From: Gammaproteobacteria bacterium
Lineage (GTDB): Bacteria > Pseudomonadota > Gammaproteobacteria > Eutrophobiales > Eutrophobiaceae
DNA: 64,000 bases
Assembly (NCBI GenBank): GCA_965221695.1
Contig: OZ244905.1
Location: 2,752,001 to 2,816,000, forward strand
Reading direction: 5' to 3'
How positions within the stretch are numbered: the first letter of the stretch is position 1; each line of letters opens with the position of its first letter. The notes beneath the pieces were generated by a model. It ran no database searches. It was not told where the DNA came from and worked only from the letters and a program-made list of their open reading frames with translations. Of the stretch, positions 20,092 to 30,564 are shown piece by piece. The position numbers and the translations under genes were made by a program.

Positions 20092-21887
20092 TGGTCCGAG
20101 TCTCTGAGACAGGCAGTTCGCTCAACATCCAATGCATGCGCGGTCGTTATCGCAACGCCGTATTGCTCCCGCGCTTCATTACGGGAAATATAACCATCCA
20201 GATAATCGTCCAGCACGCGTTTCGGGTCCCGTTCATAAGGATTGCCATAACCGCCGCCCGCGCCGCCTACGGCGATGAATCGATCCCCTGCCAGCGCCGG
20301 CCGGGTTTGTAGCATTGATGGCAGGTTTATCTCGTCCTTGTTTTTGCGTTTCAGGACCAATGCCGATGATACGCCATTGCTGCCGCCTTCAAACCCCCAG
20401 CCTTGATGGGAATGGCCGTCACCTTCCGCGCTGACCGAGCCGTCCGTCAGAAATTCCACTTCCTTGATCATGCCAAGCCCGCCGCGCCACTTGCCTGCGG
20501 GGCAGGCATTGTCCCGTAATTCATAGCGGTTGACCCGCAGCGGCACATGGGTTTCGATATCTTCGATGGGATTATTGCGGGTGTTGGCATAGAGGGTGTC
20601 CACAGTATCCATGCCGTCCTTGCCAAAGCGCCCGCCATAACTGCCCTCAAATATTTCAATATGTACCCAACGCTGTTCGCCGCGCAGGCCGGAAAAACCC
20701 AGAGCCTTGAGATTGGCGATGCCGGCGCTGACCTGTTCTGGCAGAACAGGCGCCAGCGCTCGCATCAGCGTGTCCGCGAGAACATTACCTGGAGAGACAC
20801 GCGCCATGGTCGGCACGGGAAAAATCGGGTTTGCCAGCGACCCTTCCGGGGCGGTGATATGGATCGGTCGATATAACCCGGCATTTTGCGGAATATCACC
20901 ATGCGCTTCCGTATCGAGCAGGATAGAGCGCAGGGTTAACCAGATGGACACATCAACCGTTCCTGTGAACGGCATATTTATCGCATGACCCTCGACCTGG
21001 TCGGCCGTACCGCTCAGGTCAACCGTCAACTCGGAGCCCGCAATGGTGGCAGTCACTTTTATCGGCAGTGATTTCAATTCGGGATCGGGATGATCCAGGT
21101 AACCATCGACCACACCTGTTGCGGTGTAGCTCCCGTCAGGAATTTTCTCTATTTGCGCGCGCATCAATCGCTCGGAATAATCGAACAGGTCTTCCACCGC
21201 ATCATTTAAGACCTCCAGCCCGAATCGATCAATAAGCGCGACAAACCGTTCGGCTCCGACACGGCAGGCAGCAATCTGGGCCTCCATGTCGCCCACAATC
21301 AAATCGGGGACACGGACGTTATCGCGTATCAGTTGCCATACGGCGCCATTGCTGACGCCCTCCTGTTCCACCTTGATGGCTTTGAACTGCAATCCTTCCG
21401 CGTAGGCGTCAGCGCAGTTGGAAACGCCAACGCTGCCCGGTTCGCATGAGCCGATGTCCAGGTGATGTGCCGTGGTCATCGCGAAGCCGATATGTTTCCC
21501 GGCATAGAACACGGGCACGCAAAAGCCGATATCCGGACTGTGTGAAGCCCCGTTATAGGCATCGTTGTGAATGATCACATCACCGGCGCGCAACGTCTCG
21601 CCGCGCGCATCCAATTGTTTCATTATTCCTTGGACATATCCCGGAATAGGACCGGACTGCAACGGCGTGCTCTTCTTGCACTCACAAAGTTGCCGGCCTT
21701 GCGCGTCACACAATGCGGCACCGAAGTCTTCGGATTCACGGATGATGCTGGAATACGACATGCGCATAAGCTTGTATCCCATTTCAATTGCGATATTTTC
21801 CAGCGCGCCGTAGATAATACTGGCGGTTACCGGGTCTACCCGTGTGGCGCTTGGTTCCGGTCTGTTTTGCGGGTCGGCCATGTTCAT
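20088..21887 (-). CDS. Hydantoinase B / 5-oxoprolinase subunit
   Basis: SYSSIIRESEDF, HNDAY...HSPD, HHLDIG, GKWRGG, GGGYGNP. Confidence 0.92.
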   Translation of the reverse strand: MNMADPQNRPEPSATRVDPVTASIIYGALENIAIEMGYKLMRMSYSSIIRESEDFGAALCDAQGRQLCECKKSTPLQSGPIPGYVQGIMKQLDARGETLRAGDVIIHNDAYNGASHSPDIGFCVPVFYAGKHIGFAMTTAHHLDIGSCEPGSVGVSNCADAYAEGLQFKAIKVEQEGVSNGAVWQLIRDNVRVPDLIVGDMEAQIAACRVGAERFVALIDRFGLEVLNDAVEDLFDYSERLMRAQIEKIPDGSYTATGVVDGYLDHPDPELKSLPIKVTATIAGSELTVDLSGTADQVEGHAINMPFTGTVDVSIWLTLRSILLDTEAHGDIPQNAGLYRPIHITAPEGSLANPIFPVPTMARVSPGNVLADTLMRALAPVLPEQVSAGIANLKALGFSGLRGEQRWVHIEIFEGSYGGRFGKDGMDTVDTLYANTRNNPIEDIETHVPLRVNRYELRDNACPAGKWRGGLGMIKEVEFLTDGSVSAEGDGHSHQGWGFEGGSNGVSSALVLKRKNKDEINLPSMLQTRPALAGDRFIAVGGAGGGYGNPYERDPKRVLDDYLDGYISRNEAREQYGVAITTAHALDVERTACLRDSDQ

Positions 21888-21986
21888 TTTGTAATTCCGA
21901 CGGTGTGGGTGACCTGTTTTTCAGGTTGGGGATATCGTAGCGTATTCAGGGCACAAGTTGAAGTTGAATCCGCCTTGTCGGATTAA

Positions 21987-22013
21987 GGAAACTCTGATTA
22001 AGTCAGAGCTTCT
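21987..22013. repeat. 27-bp solo terminal hairpin of the IS5-type MITE family
   Basis: GGAAACTCTGA-TTAAG-TCAGAGCTTCT flanked on both sides by TTAA. Confidence 0.75.
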
Positions 22014-22035
22014 TTAAATTACTACTGGGATGACC

Positions 22036-22044
22036 TGATATAAT
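22036..22044 (+). promoter_or_regulatory. Extended -10 element for hydantoinase A
   Basis: TGaTATAAT about 75 bp upstream of the ATG at 22120. Confidence 0.5.
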
Positions 22045-22119
22045 ACTTTAAAGACAAAATGATTGACTAACCCTCACGCTGTTTATCATGACACATTTTT
22101 ATCGGGACAACATGCAGGC

Positions 22120-24204
22120 ATGAAAGTCATTGGCGTGGATGTCGGCGGCACATTTACCGATATTGTTCTGACCGACTCGACCACTTCTGACATGGCAATC
22201 CACAAGATTGCCAGTTCCCCGGATGACCCGTCGATAGCCGTGATCCGGGGCATTGCTGAAATATGCGAACATAACAGCGTCGCCCACGCAGATATCGCGC
22301 ATGTGTTCCACGGCACAACTGTGGCTACCAATGCGGTATTGCAGTATCAGGGCGCGCCGGCCGGTATGATAACAACAGCCGGTTTCCGGGATATTATTCA
22401 TATCGGCCGTCACCAGCGACCACAGCATTATTCAATCATGCAGGACATCCCCTGGCAGGTAAGACCGTTAATCAGGCGGCGGTTTCGCAAAACTGTCAGC
22501 GAACGACTGGCGCCACCCAATGGCGAGACGCTCGTGCCGTTGAATGAAGACGAGGTGAGGCAGGCCGCGCGGGAATTAAAACAGGCGGGTATCAGCTCAG
22601 TCGCAATTTGTTTTCTGTTCTCCTATCTCAACCCAGCGCATGAACAGCGCGCCAAATCCATTGTAAAAGAACTGTGTCCGGACGCATTTGTTACCACTTC
22701 CAGCGAGGTTTCGCCCCAGTTTCGGGAATTCGAGCGTTTTACAACGGCTGCCATGAATGCCTTTATCGGGCCGTTGGTGCGCGAGTATGTAGACAACCTT
22801 GAACAGGCATTGCGAGCGCATAATATCGGGGCAGAGTTGCACATCATGTGCTCCAATGGGGGCGTAGCAACTGCGCAAACGATCGCGCGCTTGCCCGTCA
22901 ATACCATGATGTCCGGGCTCGCCGCAGGCGTTCTGGGTGGAGCCTGGGTGGGCGAGTTGGCTAAGCAGCAAAATGTTATTACGTTTGATATTGGCGGCAC
23001 CAGCGCAGATATCGGGGTTGTCACGAATGGCGCATTTACCGAGGCTTCTGCGCGCGACACATTCATTGGAGGCTATCCGATCATGGTTCCCATGGTTGAT
23101 GTCCACACCATAGGCGCGGGCGGCGGCTCTATTGCTCACCTTGATGACGGTGGCGGTTTTAAGGTTGGCCCGCAAAGCGCCGGTGCAATACCTGGCCCTG
23201 CCGCTTACGGCAAAGGGGGAATCGAGGCGACTGTCACTGACGCAAACCTGGTATTGGGCAGGCTGGATAAAGACAATTTTCTGGGCGGAGCGATGGAGTT
23301 GGATGCCGGGGCGGCCCGGAAAGTCGTGCAGCGTCTCGCGGATCGCTTGGGGATACCGCTATTGGATGCTGCGGAAGGAATCATTGCCCTGCTTAATGCC
23401 AATATGGCAAATGCGATTCGCGCTCGCACCGTACAAAAAGGCATTGATCCGCGTGATTATGCGCTGGTAGCCTCCGGTGGGGCCGGTCCCTTGCACGGCG
23501 CAGAGGTTGCCCGCATTCTGGAAATTCCGGAAGTCATCGTTCCGCCCTGTCCGGGGATAAACTCAGCCATGGGTTTGTTAACCACGGACTTGAAATATGA
23601 CCTCATTCAAACAGCATTTCTGCTGTCCACAGCCATTGATTTTCAGCGTCTGAACAATGGTTTTTCAGACATGGAGGCGCAACTTCGCAAGCAGTTTGAA
23701 GCCGATGACATTGACCCGAGTGAAACACGTTTCCTGCGTTATACCGATATGCATTATGTCGGTCAGGGATACGAGTTACGTGTGCCTGTGCCCGGCGGCG
23801 AGGTCAATGAGGATACTATCCAGGAAACACTGGCGGCATTTCATGCTTTGCACCGGAGTGAGTACGGCCACAGCTTTCCGGATAGCCCGGTAGAGTTCGT
23901 CAATATAAGATTGACAGGGATCGGTCCCATGCCGAAGATTGGAACGCCAACGGTGGCTGCCGGTGGGTCGCTGGATAAAGCCGTGGTCAAGCGTGACCTG
24001 ACTGTGTTTCGGCGCGCAGAACAACTGGACGAGTATGAAACCGTTTTCTACCGGCGCGGGAGGCTGCCGTTAAATACCAGGATTCCAGGTCCCGCGGTTA
24101 TTCTGCAAACCGATTCAACTACGGTTGTGCCGCCGGATAGTTCCGTAACAGCAATCGCTTCTGGAGTCCTGACAATACATATCGGGGAAAATCAACAGCG
24201 TTGA
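22120..24204 (+). CDS. Hydantoinase A / 5-oxoprolinase ATP-binding subunit
   Basis: GVDVGGTFTD, HGTTVATNA, REFERFTT, DIGGTSAD, GAGGGS; start set at MKVIG. Confidence 0.92.
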   Translation: MKVIGVDVGGTFTDIVLTDSTTSDMAIHKIASSPDDPSIAVIRGIAEICEHNSVAHADIAHVFHGTTVATNAVLQYQGAPAGMITTAGFRDIIHIGRHQRPQHYSIMQDIPWQVRPLIRRRFRKTVSERLAPPNGETLVPLNEDEVRQAARELKQAGISSVAICFLFSYLNPAHEQRAKSIVKELCPDAFVTTSSEVSPQFREFERFTTAAMNAFIGPLVREYVDNLEQALRAHNIGAELHIMCSNGGVATAQTIARLPVNTMMSGLAAGVLGGAWVGELAKQQNVITFDIGGTSADIGVVTNGAFTEASARDTFIGGYPIMVPMVDVHTIGAGGGSIAHLDDGGGFKVGPQSAGAIPGPAAYGKGGIEATVTDANLVLGRLDKDNFLGGAMELDAGAARKVVQRLADRLGIPLLDAAEGIIALLNANMANAIRARTVQKGIDPRDYALVASGGAGPLHGAEVARILEIPEVIVPPCPGINSAMGLLTTDLKYDLIQTAFLLSTAIDFQRLNNGFSDMEAQLRKQFEADDIDPSETRFLRYTDMHYVGQGYELRVPVPGGEVNEDTIQETLAAFHALHRSEYGHSFPDSPVEFVNIRLTGIGPMPKIGTPTVAAGGSLDKAVVKRDLTVFRRAEQLDEYETVFYRRGRLPLNTRIPGPAVILQTDSTTVVPPDSSVTAIASGVLTIHIGENQQR

Positions 24205-24315
24205 CCACTACTGCCGCATGCATGTTCGCTTGGCATAGCAGGCATGTGGACCGGATGAGATCCCACTGACGCAAACTTCTGCGCGGTCATCGCGCCATTC
24301 TGTGAAATAGCCGGG

Positions 24316-25752
24316 TTAAGCAATTCTGACGTACTCAAAGTCGCCGGGTTTACCGTTGATGCCGGCCCGCGGCGGCGCAATCCAGTGAGCATATCCGCCT
24401 GGTTCGGTAACCTGCTGCATGAGTGAGAGCAGGAAGGCGAGGTCGTCCTCGTTCGGCAGCCATTGCTCCTGGCATTGTTCCCATTGCGTCTGGCTGATCA
24501 CTTCGCCGCCAGGCGTTGTGTAAATATCGCTGAACTCGCCCACCACGCGATGGAAGGCCCGGCTGGGCAGGCTCAAGCGGTAGTCATAGCCGTGCCTGGC
24601 AATGGCCTTGTTCCAGGTAGCCAGGACCTGTTCACAATCGGCGATGAAATCATCGCACAAGCGGGCATTTACCGCGTTGATAGCCGGCTCGTCTACGCGG
24701 ACCAGCCGCCCGTTCACATGCTTCAGAGTCGGATACACGCTGTGATGGAGCAGATGGTCATCATCAATGGTGGTTTCCCTGAAACGCCCTTTCAGACTGG
24801 CGTTGAACGCATTGGATGCGTTGGTGGAAATCTCCGCGCCGAACAGGTCCAGGGTGACGGAGTAGTGAAAATTGATTTTCTTCTGTATTGTCGGCAGATC
24901 GATAACGCCCAGGTTTCTGACCATTGCCATATCGGTTGGGTCGTCGATATGATGTTTGCGCATGATCTCACAAGTGCGTCTTAGCGCGCGTTCCACACCG
25001 GTCCGACCCACGAACATATGATGGCCTTCTTCGGTCAGCATGAAGCGGGTGGTGCGGGCCAGGGGGTCGAAGCCGGAATGGGCCAGCGCTTCCAGTTGCA
25101 TCTTGCCGTCGCGATCGGTAAAGGTGGTAAACATGAAAAAGGACAGCCAGTCCGGTGTTGCTTCGTTGAATGCCCCCAGGATACGGGGCTTGTCCTGGTT
25201 GCCGGAACGGCGCATCAGCAACTCATGCGCCTCCTCGCGACCATCGCGACCGAAATATTTATGCAGCAGGTACACCATCGCCCAGAGGTGCCTTCCTTCC
25301 TCAACATTGACCTGAAATACATTGCGCATGTCATAGAGGGACGGCGCGGTATGCCCCAGGTAGCGCTGCTGTTCCACCGAAGCCGGCTCCGTATCGCCTT
25401 GGATAACCACCAGGCGCCGCAACATTGCGCGATATTCTCCTGGGACTTCCTGCCATGCCGGCTCACCCTTGTGTTGGCCAAAGGCAATGCTGCGATTTTC
25501 TTCTTGCGGCGCCAGCAATATGCCCCAGCGGTATTCCGGCATTTTTACGTAACCAAACCGGGCCCAGCCCTCAGGCTCCACACCAACTGCGGTGCGCAGG
25601 TAGACTTCCAGATCCTGGAAACCATCCGGCCCCATGGTCTTCCACCAGTCGATAAAACCCGGATGCCACTTCTCCAAGGCCCGTTGCAGGCGCCGGTCAG
25701 TGGCGAGGCCCACATTGTTGGGTATCAGGTTGTCGTAATCTACAGTATTCAT
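24316..25752 (-). CDS. boxB: Benzoyl-CoA 2,3-epoxidase diiron subunit
   Basis: IPNNV, QGDTEPASVEQ, VNVEEGRHLWAM, DRDGK, EEGHH diiron ligands, FEYVR C-terminus. Confidence 0.93.
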   Translation of the reverse strand: MNTVDYDNLIPNNVGLATDRRLQRALEKWHPGFIDWWKTMGPDGFQDLEVYLRTAVGVEPEGWARFGYVKMPEYRWGILLAPQEENRSIAFGQHKGEPAWQEVPGEYRAMLRRLVVIQGDTEPASVEQQRYLGHTAPSLYDMRNVFQVNVEEGRHLWAMVYLLHKYFGRDGREEAHELLMRRSGNQDKPRILGAFNEATPDWLSFFMFTTFTDRDGKMQLEALAHSGFDPLARTTRFMLTEEGHHMFVGRTGVERALRRTCEIMRKHHIDDPTDMAMVRNLGVIDLPTIQKKINFHYSVTLDLFGAEISTNASNAFNASLKGRFRETTIDDDHLLHHSVYPTLKHVNGRLVRVDEPAINAVNARLCDDFIADCEQVLATWNKAIARHGYDYRLSLPSRAFHRVVGEFSDIYTTPGGEVISQTQWEQCQEQWLPNEDDLAFLLSLMQQVTEPGGYAHWIAPPRAGINGKPGDFEYVRIA

Positions 25753-25767
25753 GGCGCTAACCCGTGG

Positions 25768-27474
25768 TCAGGCGCGCCGGTTATCGTACTCGGGACGCGC
25801 GCCCGTGCCATAACGTCGAAGCGCCCCTGTGTCACCCGCCGCGTTCGGACGTTGGAAAATCCAGTTTTGCCAGGCGCTGAGGCGACCGAATATCTTGGTC
25901 TCCATGGTTTCCGGTCCGGCAAAGCGTAGGTTGGCTTCCATCCCGCTCAGGGCATCGGGAGAGAAACTGGCCCGTTCTTCCAACAGCAATCTGATCTCGT
26001 CCTCCCAATCCAGGTCATCGGGAGTAAACGTAACCAGTCCCAGACGCGCCGCCTCGGCAGCTTCAAGGTCTGTGCCAGCGTGGTCATTGGCGTCGGCGAC
26101 CCGTTCCGGCTCGCCCAGGAAACGGGTTTCGAGACGCGTCAATCCATTAGCCATCGGCAGCAACCCGAAGTTGCTTTCTGTCAACATGATAGTGGCTGCC
26201 GGTGTGTCGTGATTATCAAACTGCCCGTCCAGCATGTAGCTGCGGTCCGCCGCAAACAGGACTTCCGCCAGGATACCGTGGAAGCAGCTTCCAGGCTCAA
26301 CCAGCACAAAAATGCTACGTGATGTAACCTCAAGCCGTTTCAGCGTGCGTTTCCAGTACAGGATTATCTCTCGTGCCAGCCAGTTGTCCCGGCCCCGCCG
26401 CAGGAATTCGTCATGGCTCGTTACGAGGGCGCCGCAACCGCTACTCTTGATAATGATCGCGCCGATATCCGGCTCGTTGAAGCGCAGGTGCAACAAAGCG
26501 TCATCCAGATCACGGGCCAGGGCCAGGGGCCAGAATTGCGCGCCCAGGTCAAGCGCCTCCGCCATGGTATCCGGGGCTGCGGCGTCGGGGCCTTTGATGG
26601 CAAGCGTAACGTTGCGGTTTTTCCGGTCGAATTGAAGCTCAAGCCAGTCATATTCGATACTGTGCGCGCCCGTCTTACGGGTCAGCGGAGTCAGTCGCAC
26701 TCCTCTTGCCTTGTCGGGGCGGTCGGACAGTTTGCACATTTCCCGTGCCCGTTCGTCTACCCGCTGCGCAAACCGGGAAGCGGATACGGTTTCATCCACC
26801 AGTCGCCAGTCCACTGCGCGCTGCCCCCTCACGCCTTCTTCTACGGTGCAAAATACGTCCGCCAGGTCGCGGCGGACTTTTCTCTTGTCGACGACCCGGG
26901 TCAGCCCGCCGGTGCCCGGCAGCACGGCCAATAGCGGCGTTTCCGGCAGCGACACCGCGGCATTGCCGTCATCGATCAGGATCAGGTAGTCCATGGCCAG
27001 CGCCAACTCATAGCCACCGCCGGCCGCGCTGCCGTTCAGCGCGCACAGGTAACGCTGGCCGGAGAATTCCCCGGCTTCCTCGATGGCGTTTCGGGTCTCG
27101 TTGGTGAACTTGCAGAAATTCACCTTATGGCCATGGGAAGCCCGCGCCAGCATACGGATATTAGCGCCGGCGCAGAACATGCCGGGTTTGCCGGAGCTGA
27201 CCACTACGGTCTTTATTTCCGGGCGCTCAAAACGCAGTCGCTGTACGGCATCGTACAGTTCCATATCAACGCCGATATCGTAGGAATTCAGTTTGAGTTC
27301 ATAGCCGGAGAACTTGGCGCCGCTTTCATCCACATCCATCTCCAACCTGGCAATCGGCCCGGAAGTTGCCAGCTTCCAATGACGATAGCGCGCCGGCTCA
27401 GTCCGGAAATCCAACGGCGCGCTGCCGGAAGATACTCCAGGTGTTCCAATATCGGTCTGCTCGGTATCGGTCAT
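25768..27474 (-). CDS. boxC: 2,3-epoxybenzoyl-CoA dihydrolase
   Basis: YELKLNSYD, KVNFCKFTNETRN, LAVLPGTGG, IFGRLSAWQNWIFQRPNA; start set at MTDTEQ. Confidence 0.93.
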   Translation of the reverse strand: MTDTEQTDIGTPGVSSGSAPLDFRTEPARYRHWKLATSGPIARLEMDVDESGAKFSGYELKLNSYDIGVDMELYDAVQRLRFERPEIKTVVVSSGKPGMFCAGANIRMLARASHGHKVNFCKFTNETRNAIEEAGEFSGQRYLCALNGSAAGGGYELALAMDYLILIDDGNAAVSLPETPLLAVLPGTGGLTRVVDKRKVRRDLADVFCTVEEGVRGQRAVDWRLVDETVSASRFAQRVDERAREMCKLSDRPDKARGVRLTPLTRKTGAHSIEYDWLELQFDRKNRNVTLAIKGPDAAAPDTMAEALDLGAQFWPLALARDLDDALLHLRFNEPDIGAIIIKSSGCGALVTSHDEFLRRGRDNWLAREIILYWKRTLKRLEVTSRSIFVLVEPGSCFHGILAEVLFAADRSYMLDGQFDNHDTPAATIMLTESNFGLLPMANGLTRLETRFLGEPERVADANDHAGTDLEAAEAARLGLVTFTPDDLDWEDEIRLLLEERASFSPDALSGMEANLRFAGPETMETKIFGRLSAWQNWIFQRPNAAGDTGALRRYGTGARPEYDNRRA

Positions 27475-27724
27475 GGTTACCGCCGCAGGCAGCCGGCAGC
27501 AAACCTTATGGCGATGGCATTCATTACGGTTCACGCCCTCCGCTATTGAAGTTGATATACAGGTTATGTTCAGTATAACTGATATGCAAGCAGGCTTTTG
27601 CAAACATTATATGATTGACAAATCATCGTATTAATATTGAAAACTAAAATTCTGAATTTCAATTTTCAACGATAATACGATCGTATTTCCAGGTTGACAT
27701 CATCTGGAGTAAAATGGCGCAGAA

Positions 27725-28531
27725 ATGCAAGTCCAAGATAAAATGTTGCTGAAAGATAAGGTTGTATTTATTACCGGCGGCGCAAGAGGTATCGGTTACG
27801 GCATTGCTCATGCTGCCCTGGAAGCGGGGGCGCAGGTGGTTATCGGTGACCTGCATGAACATGCGGTGTTTGCCGCGCGGGAATCCCTGCTCGCGGAATT
27901 GCCCATCTCCGATAACGCGGCGCTGGCAACGACGCTTGACGTCGCGAATGAACTTTCAGTTCAAGAGGCCCTGGCCGCGGCTTGTTCGCATTTTGGCTAT
28001 TTGAACGGACTCGTCAACAATGCCGGAACCATTCGTCTTGGAGCGGATCTCGAAGCCAGTGTGGACGACTGGCAGGCCCAACTGGCGGTTAACGTCATTG
28101 GCACACACCTGTGCAGCCAAACGTTCACAAAATTACTCATCGGCAGGAAACAGCCAGGGGCTATCGTCAATATCGCCTCCAACTGCGGAAAAGTGGGTTA
28201 CCCGAACATGGCAGGGTACAACGCCAGCAAGGCCGCGGTAATCAATCTTACCCGTTCGCTGTCAAACGAGCTCAGCGCTCATAATATTAATGTCAATGCG
28301 ATCTGCCCCGGCGGAGTCTACACACCCATGCTGATGGAAGTCGCTGAAGTGGTCGGCCAGCGTATTGGCGAGAACCCGGCAGAACTGATAAAAACCATGG
28401 CGCCGGCGCAGTTGGGACGCCATATTGAACCCCTGGAAATCGGACGCGTTGCCGCATTCCTGTTATCCGACCACGCCAACATCATCCGCGGGCAGGCTAT
28501 CAATACCGATGGCGGGGAGACGCCGTATTAG
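27725..28531 (+). CDS. Short-chain dehydrogenase/reductase (polyol/acetoin dehydrogenase-like)
   Basis: TGGARGIG, NNAG, YNASK. Confidence 0.9.
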   Translation: MQVQDKMLLKDKVVFITGGARGIGYGIAHAALEAGAQVVIGDLHEHAVFAARESLLAELPISDNAALATTLDVANELSVQEALAAACSHFGYLNGLVNNAGTIRLGADLEASVDDWQAQLAVNVIGTHLCSQTFTKLLIGRKQPGAIVNIASNCGKVGYPNMAGYNASKAAVINLTRSLSNELSAHNINVNAICPGGVYTPMLMEVAEVVGQRIGENPAELIKTMAPAQLGRHIEPLEIGRVAAFLLSDHANIIRGQAINTDGGETPY

Positions 28532-28682
28532 GGAAACTCTGAACAAGTCCATCCTGGACTTGTCAGAGCACGGAAAACAAAAATGCGATTTTAGTTTTCC
28601 TCACAATATCAATGCCTTATAGTCATTGATTTTGACGATACATCCTTGTATCGTAGCAACCTCTGACTAAATCAGAGGTTCC
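28532..28682 (+). mobile_element. 151-bp IS5-type MITE, copy 2
   Basis: Same TIRs and hairpins as copy 1; flanks TTAG (contains the SDR stop codon) and CTAG. Confidence 0.9.
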
Positions 28683-28690
28683 CTAGCACC

Positions 28691-30214
28691 ATGCGGATAC
28701 ACCGTATCCAGGCCAGATTTTTTCCAATCATTATTTCCGTCCTCCTTCTGATAGTGGTTAACTGCACGGATTCACCGTATGGGGAACCGGCAAATAATGA
28801 AGAATCCTCAAGACCGAATTTCATCGTGGTGTTGACCGACGACCAGGGTTATAACGATATCGGTGTCTATGGCTCGAAGGACATCAGGACCCCGGTCCTG
28901 GATCGGATGGCGCAGGAAGGCATCAGGTTCACCAGCTTTTACGCCCAGCCGGTCTGCGGACCGTCCCGGGCGGCGTTGCTCACCGGCGCTTATCCGGTGA
29001 GGGTGGCTGAGCCTGAGAACAGGAAAAACCCGAATACTATCCTGCACTCGCGCGAAGTAACCATTGCCGAAACTCTGAAGGCTGCCGGCTACGCGACCGC
29101 GATTATCGGCAAGTGGCACATGGCCGGAGATGGTGACGAACCCTGGGATTTTGCTCCGCCACCACAACCGCCGGGACGGGTGGGCGGCAAGGGACCGTTC
29201 AAGGCTGAATTGATGCCGAATGCCCAGGGCTTCGATTACTTCTACGGCACGCCCATGTACCACGGTTACACCCGTGATGTTGACCTGGCGCGCTTTATCC
29301 CCGAGATGATGCGTAACGGAGAGGTCATCGAAAGTCCTGCGGATGTGGACCTGCTGACCAGGAAATATACGGAAGAAACGATTGAATATATCCGGGATAA
29401 CCGTGACAAACCGTTTTTTATCTATCTTGCTCATCACATGCCCCATTTGCCCATGGGCGCATCGGCCGGGTTCAAGGGCAGGTCCGTACGCGGGCCCTAC
29501 GGGGACGCCGTGGAGGAACTGGACTGGAGCATGGGTGAAATTTTCAGAGAACTGGACCGATTGCAACTGGATGACAGGACACTGGTGATTTATCTCTCTG
29601 ACAACGGCCCGGAGGTCGGCCATAGCGAACAATACACCGGCAGCGCTGCGCCTCTCAGAGGCAAAAAATACTCTAACTGGGAGGGCGGCGTACGGGTGCC
29701 CGCCATCATGCGCTGGCCCGGGAAGATCCCGGAAGCGGCCGTCAGTAACGAATTGGTGACGATAATGGACATATACCCGACCCTGGCGGAGCTGGCCGGA
29801 ACCCGACTGCCGGCGGGTATCGAATTCGACGGCGCCGACATCAGTCCGATACTGTTCGATCATCCAAGAGCGAAAAGTCCGCACACGAGTTACTTCTATT
29901 ATTCCCTTACACAGTTACAGGCAGTACGCACCGGCCGCTGGAAACTCGTCCTGCCCCGGCAGGCAAACACACGATACATCTCCTGGCTCGGCCGTTATAC
30001 GGATACGGTTGAAGAGCCGCTGTTATTCGACCTGCAGGAAGACATAGCAGAGCAGGTTGACTTGTCCGAACAACATCCGCATATCGTCAGGAAGCTGCTG
30101 CAAGAAGCGCACAGGGCCAGGCTGGAGTTGGGCGATTACAACAGCATTGGTACGGGCGCGCGGTTTTTTGACGAAGGTGAAAGAAGACCGGCTACATTTT
30201 TCCCGGCGGAGTAA
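28691..30214 (+). CDS. Formylglycine-dependent sulfatase (arylsulfatase A-like)
   Basis: [21 protein letters not shown] (CxPxR), GKWH, SDNG, EGGVRVP; signal peptide. Confidence 0.93.
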   Translation: MRIHRIQARFFPIIISVLLLIVVNCTDSPYGEPANNEESSRPNFIVVLTDDQGYNDIGVYGSKDIRTPVLDRMAQEGIRFTSFYAQPVCGPSRAALLTGAYPVRVAEPENRKNPNTILHSREVTIAETLKAAGYATAIIGKWHMAGDGDEPWDFAPPPQPPGRVGGKGPFKAELMPNAQGFDYFYGTPMYHGYTRDVDLARFIPEMMRNGEVIESPADVDLLTRKYTEETIEYIRDNRDKPFFIYLAHHMPHLPMGASAGFKGRSVRGPYGDAVEELDWSMGEIFRELDRLQLDDRTLVIYLSDNGPEVGHSEQYTGSAAPLRGKKYSNWEGGVRVPAIMRWPGKIPEAAVSNELVTIMDIYPTLAELAGTRLPAGIEFDGADISPILFDHPRAKSPHTSYFYYSLTQLQAVRTGRWKLVLPRQANTRYISWLGRYTDTVEEPLLFDLQEDIAEQVDLSEQHPHIVRKLLQEAHRARLELGDYNSIGTGARFFDEGERRPATFFPAE

Positions 30215-30523
30215 TCGGTTAAAGTTCACCAAGCCGCTTCACCAGCAAGTCGACGGCGTAGCCGGAGGACCAGGCGTCGCAGGGTCCGGTGTCTGGCAGA
30301 TATCTACCTGTAGCGCAAAAGTTTCAATTGCATCCGCTGCCCCGACTGCTGTAGACGAATTTTTCGGTAAGTCGCCGGCAAGCAGCGTGCCGGTCAGGCA
30401 GACCAGGATAATCAAGATTGTTGTCAGATGATTATTCAAGATGATCAGAGTATAGCAATGCTCGGCTCTACAGTTAAGTCTACGGTGAGAGACATAATAT
30501 GTTTTGCTGTCTGAACTCTGTTG

Positions 30524-30543
30524 GTATATACTTCCGTATATAC
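30524..30543. promoter_or_regulatory. Probable VapBC autoregulatory operator
   Basis: Two GTATATAC palindromes (30524-30531, 30536-30543) just upstream of vapB. Confidence 0.6.
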
Positions 30544-30564
30544 TTTTAGTATTCGGCTAGAGGT

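Noticed and set aside
24205-24315. boxA remnant downstream of boxB
   Set aside because: The minus-strand reading frame I translated shows no ferredoxin-type Cys motif or other BoxA similarity.
27612-27627. FNR box (ATGATTGACAAATCAT)
   Set aside because: The half-site spacing does not match TTGAT-N4-ATCAA. No FNR-like site was seen upstream of AOR/sNOR either.
30239-30439. 66-aa ORF with a signal-peptide-like start
   Set aside because: It has no recognisable domain and a low-complexity tail. It may be a frameshifted remnant at the islet edge, but I cannot support a call.
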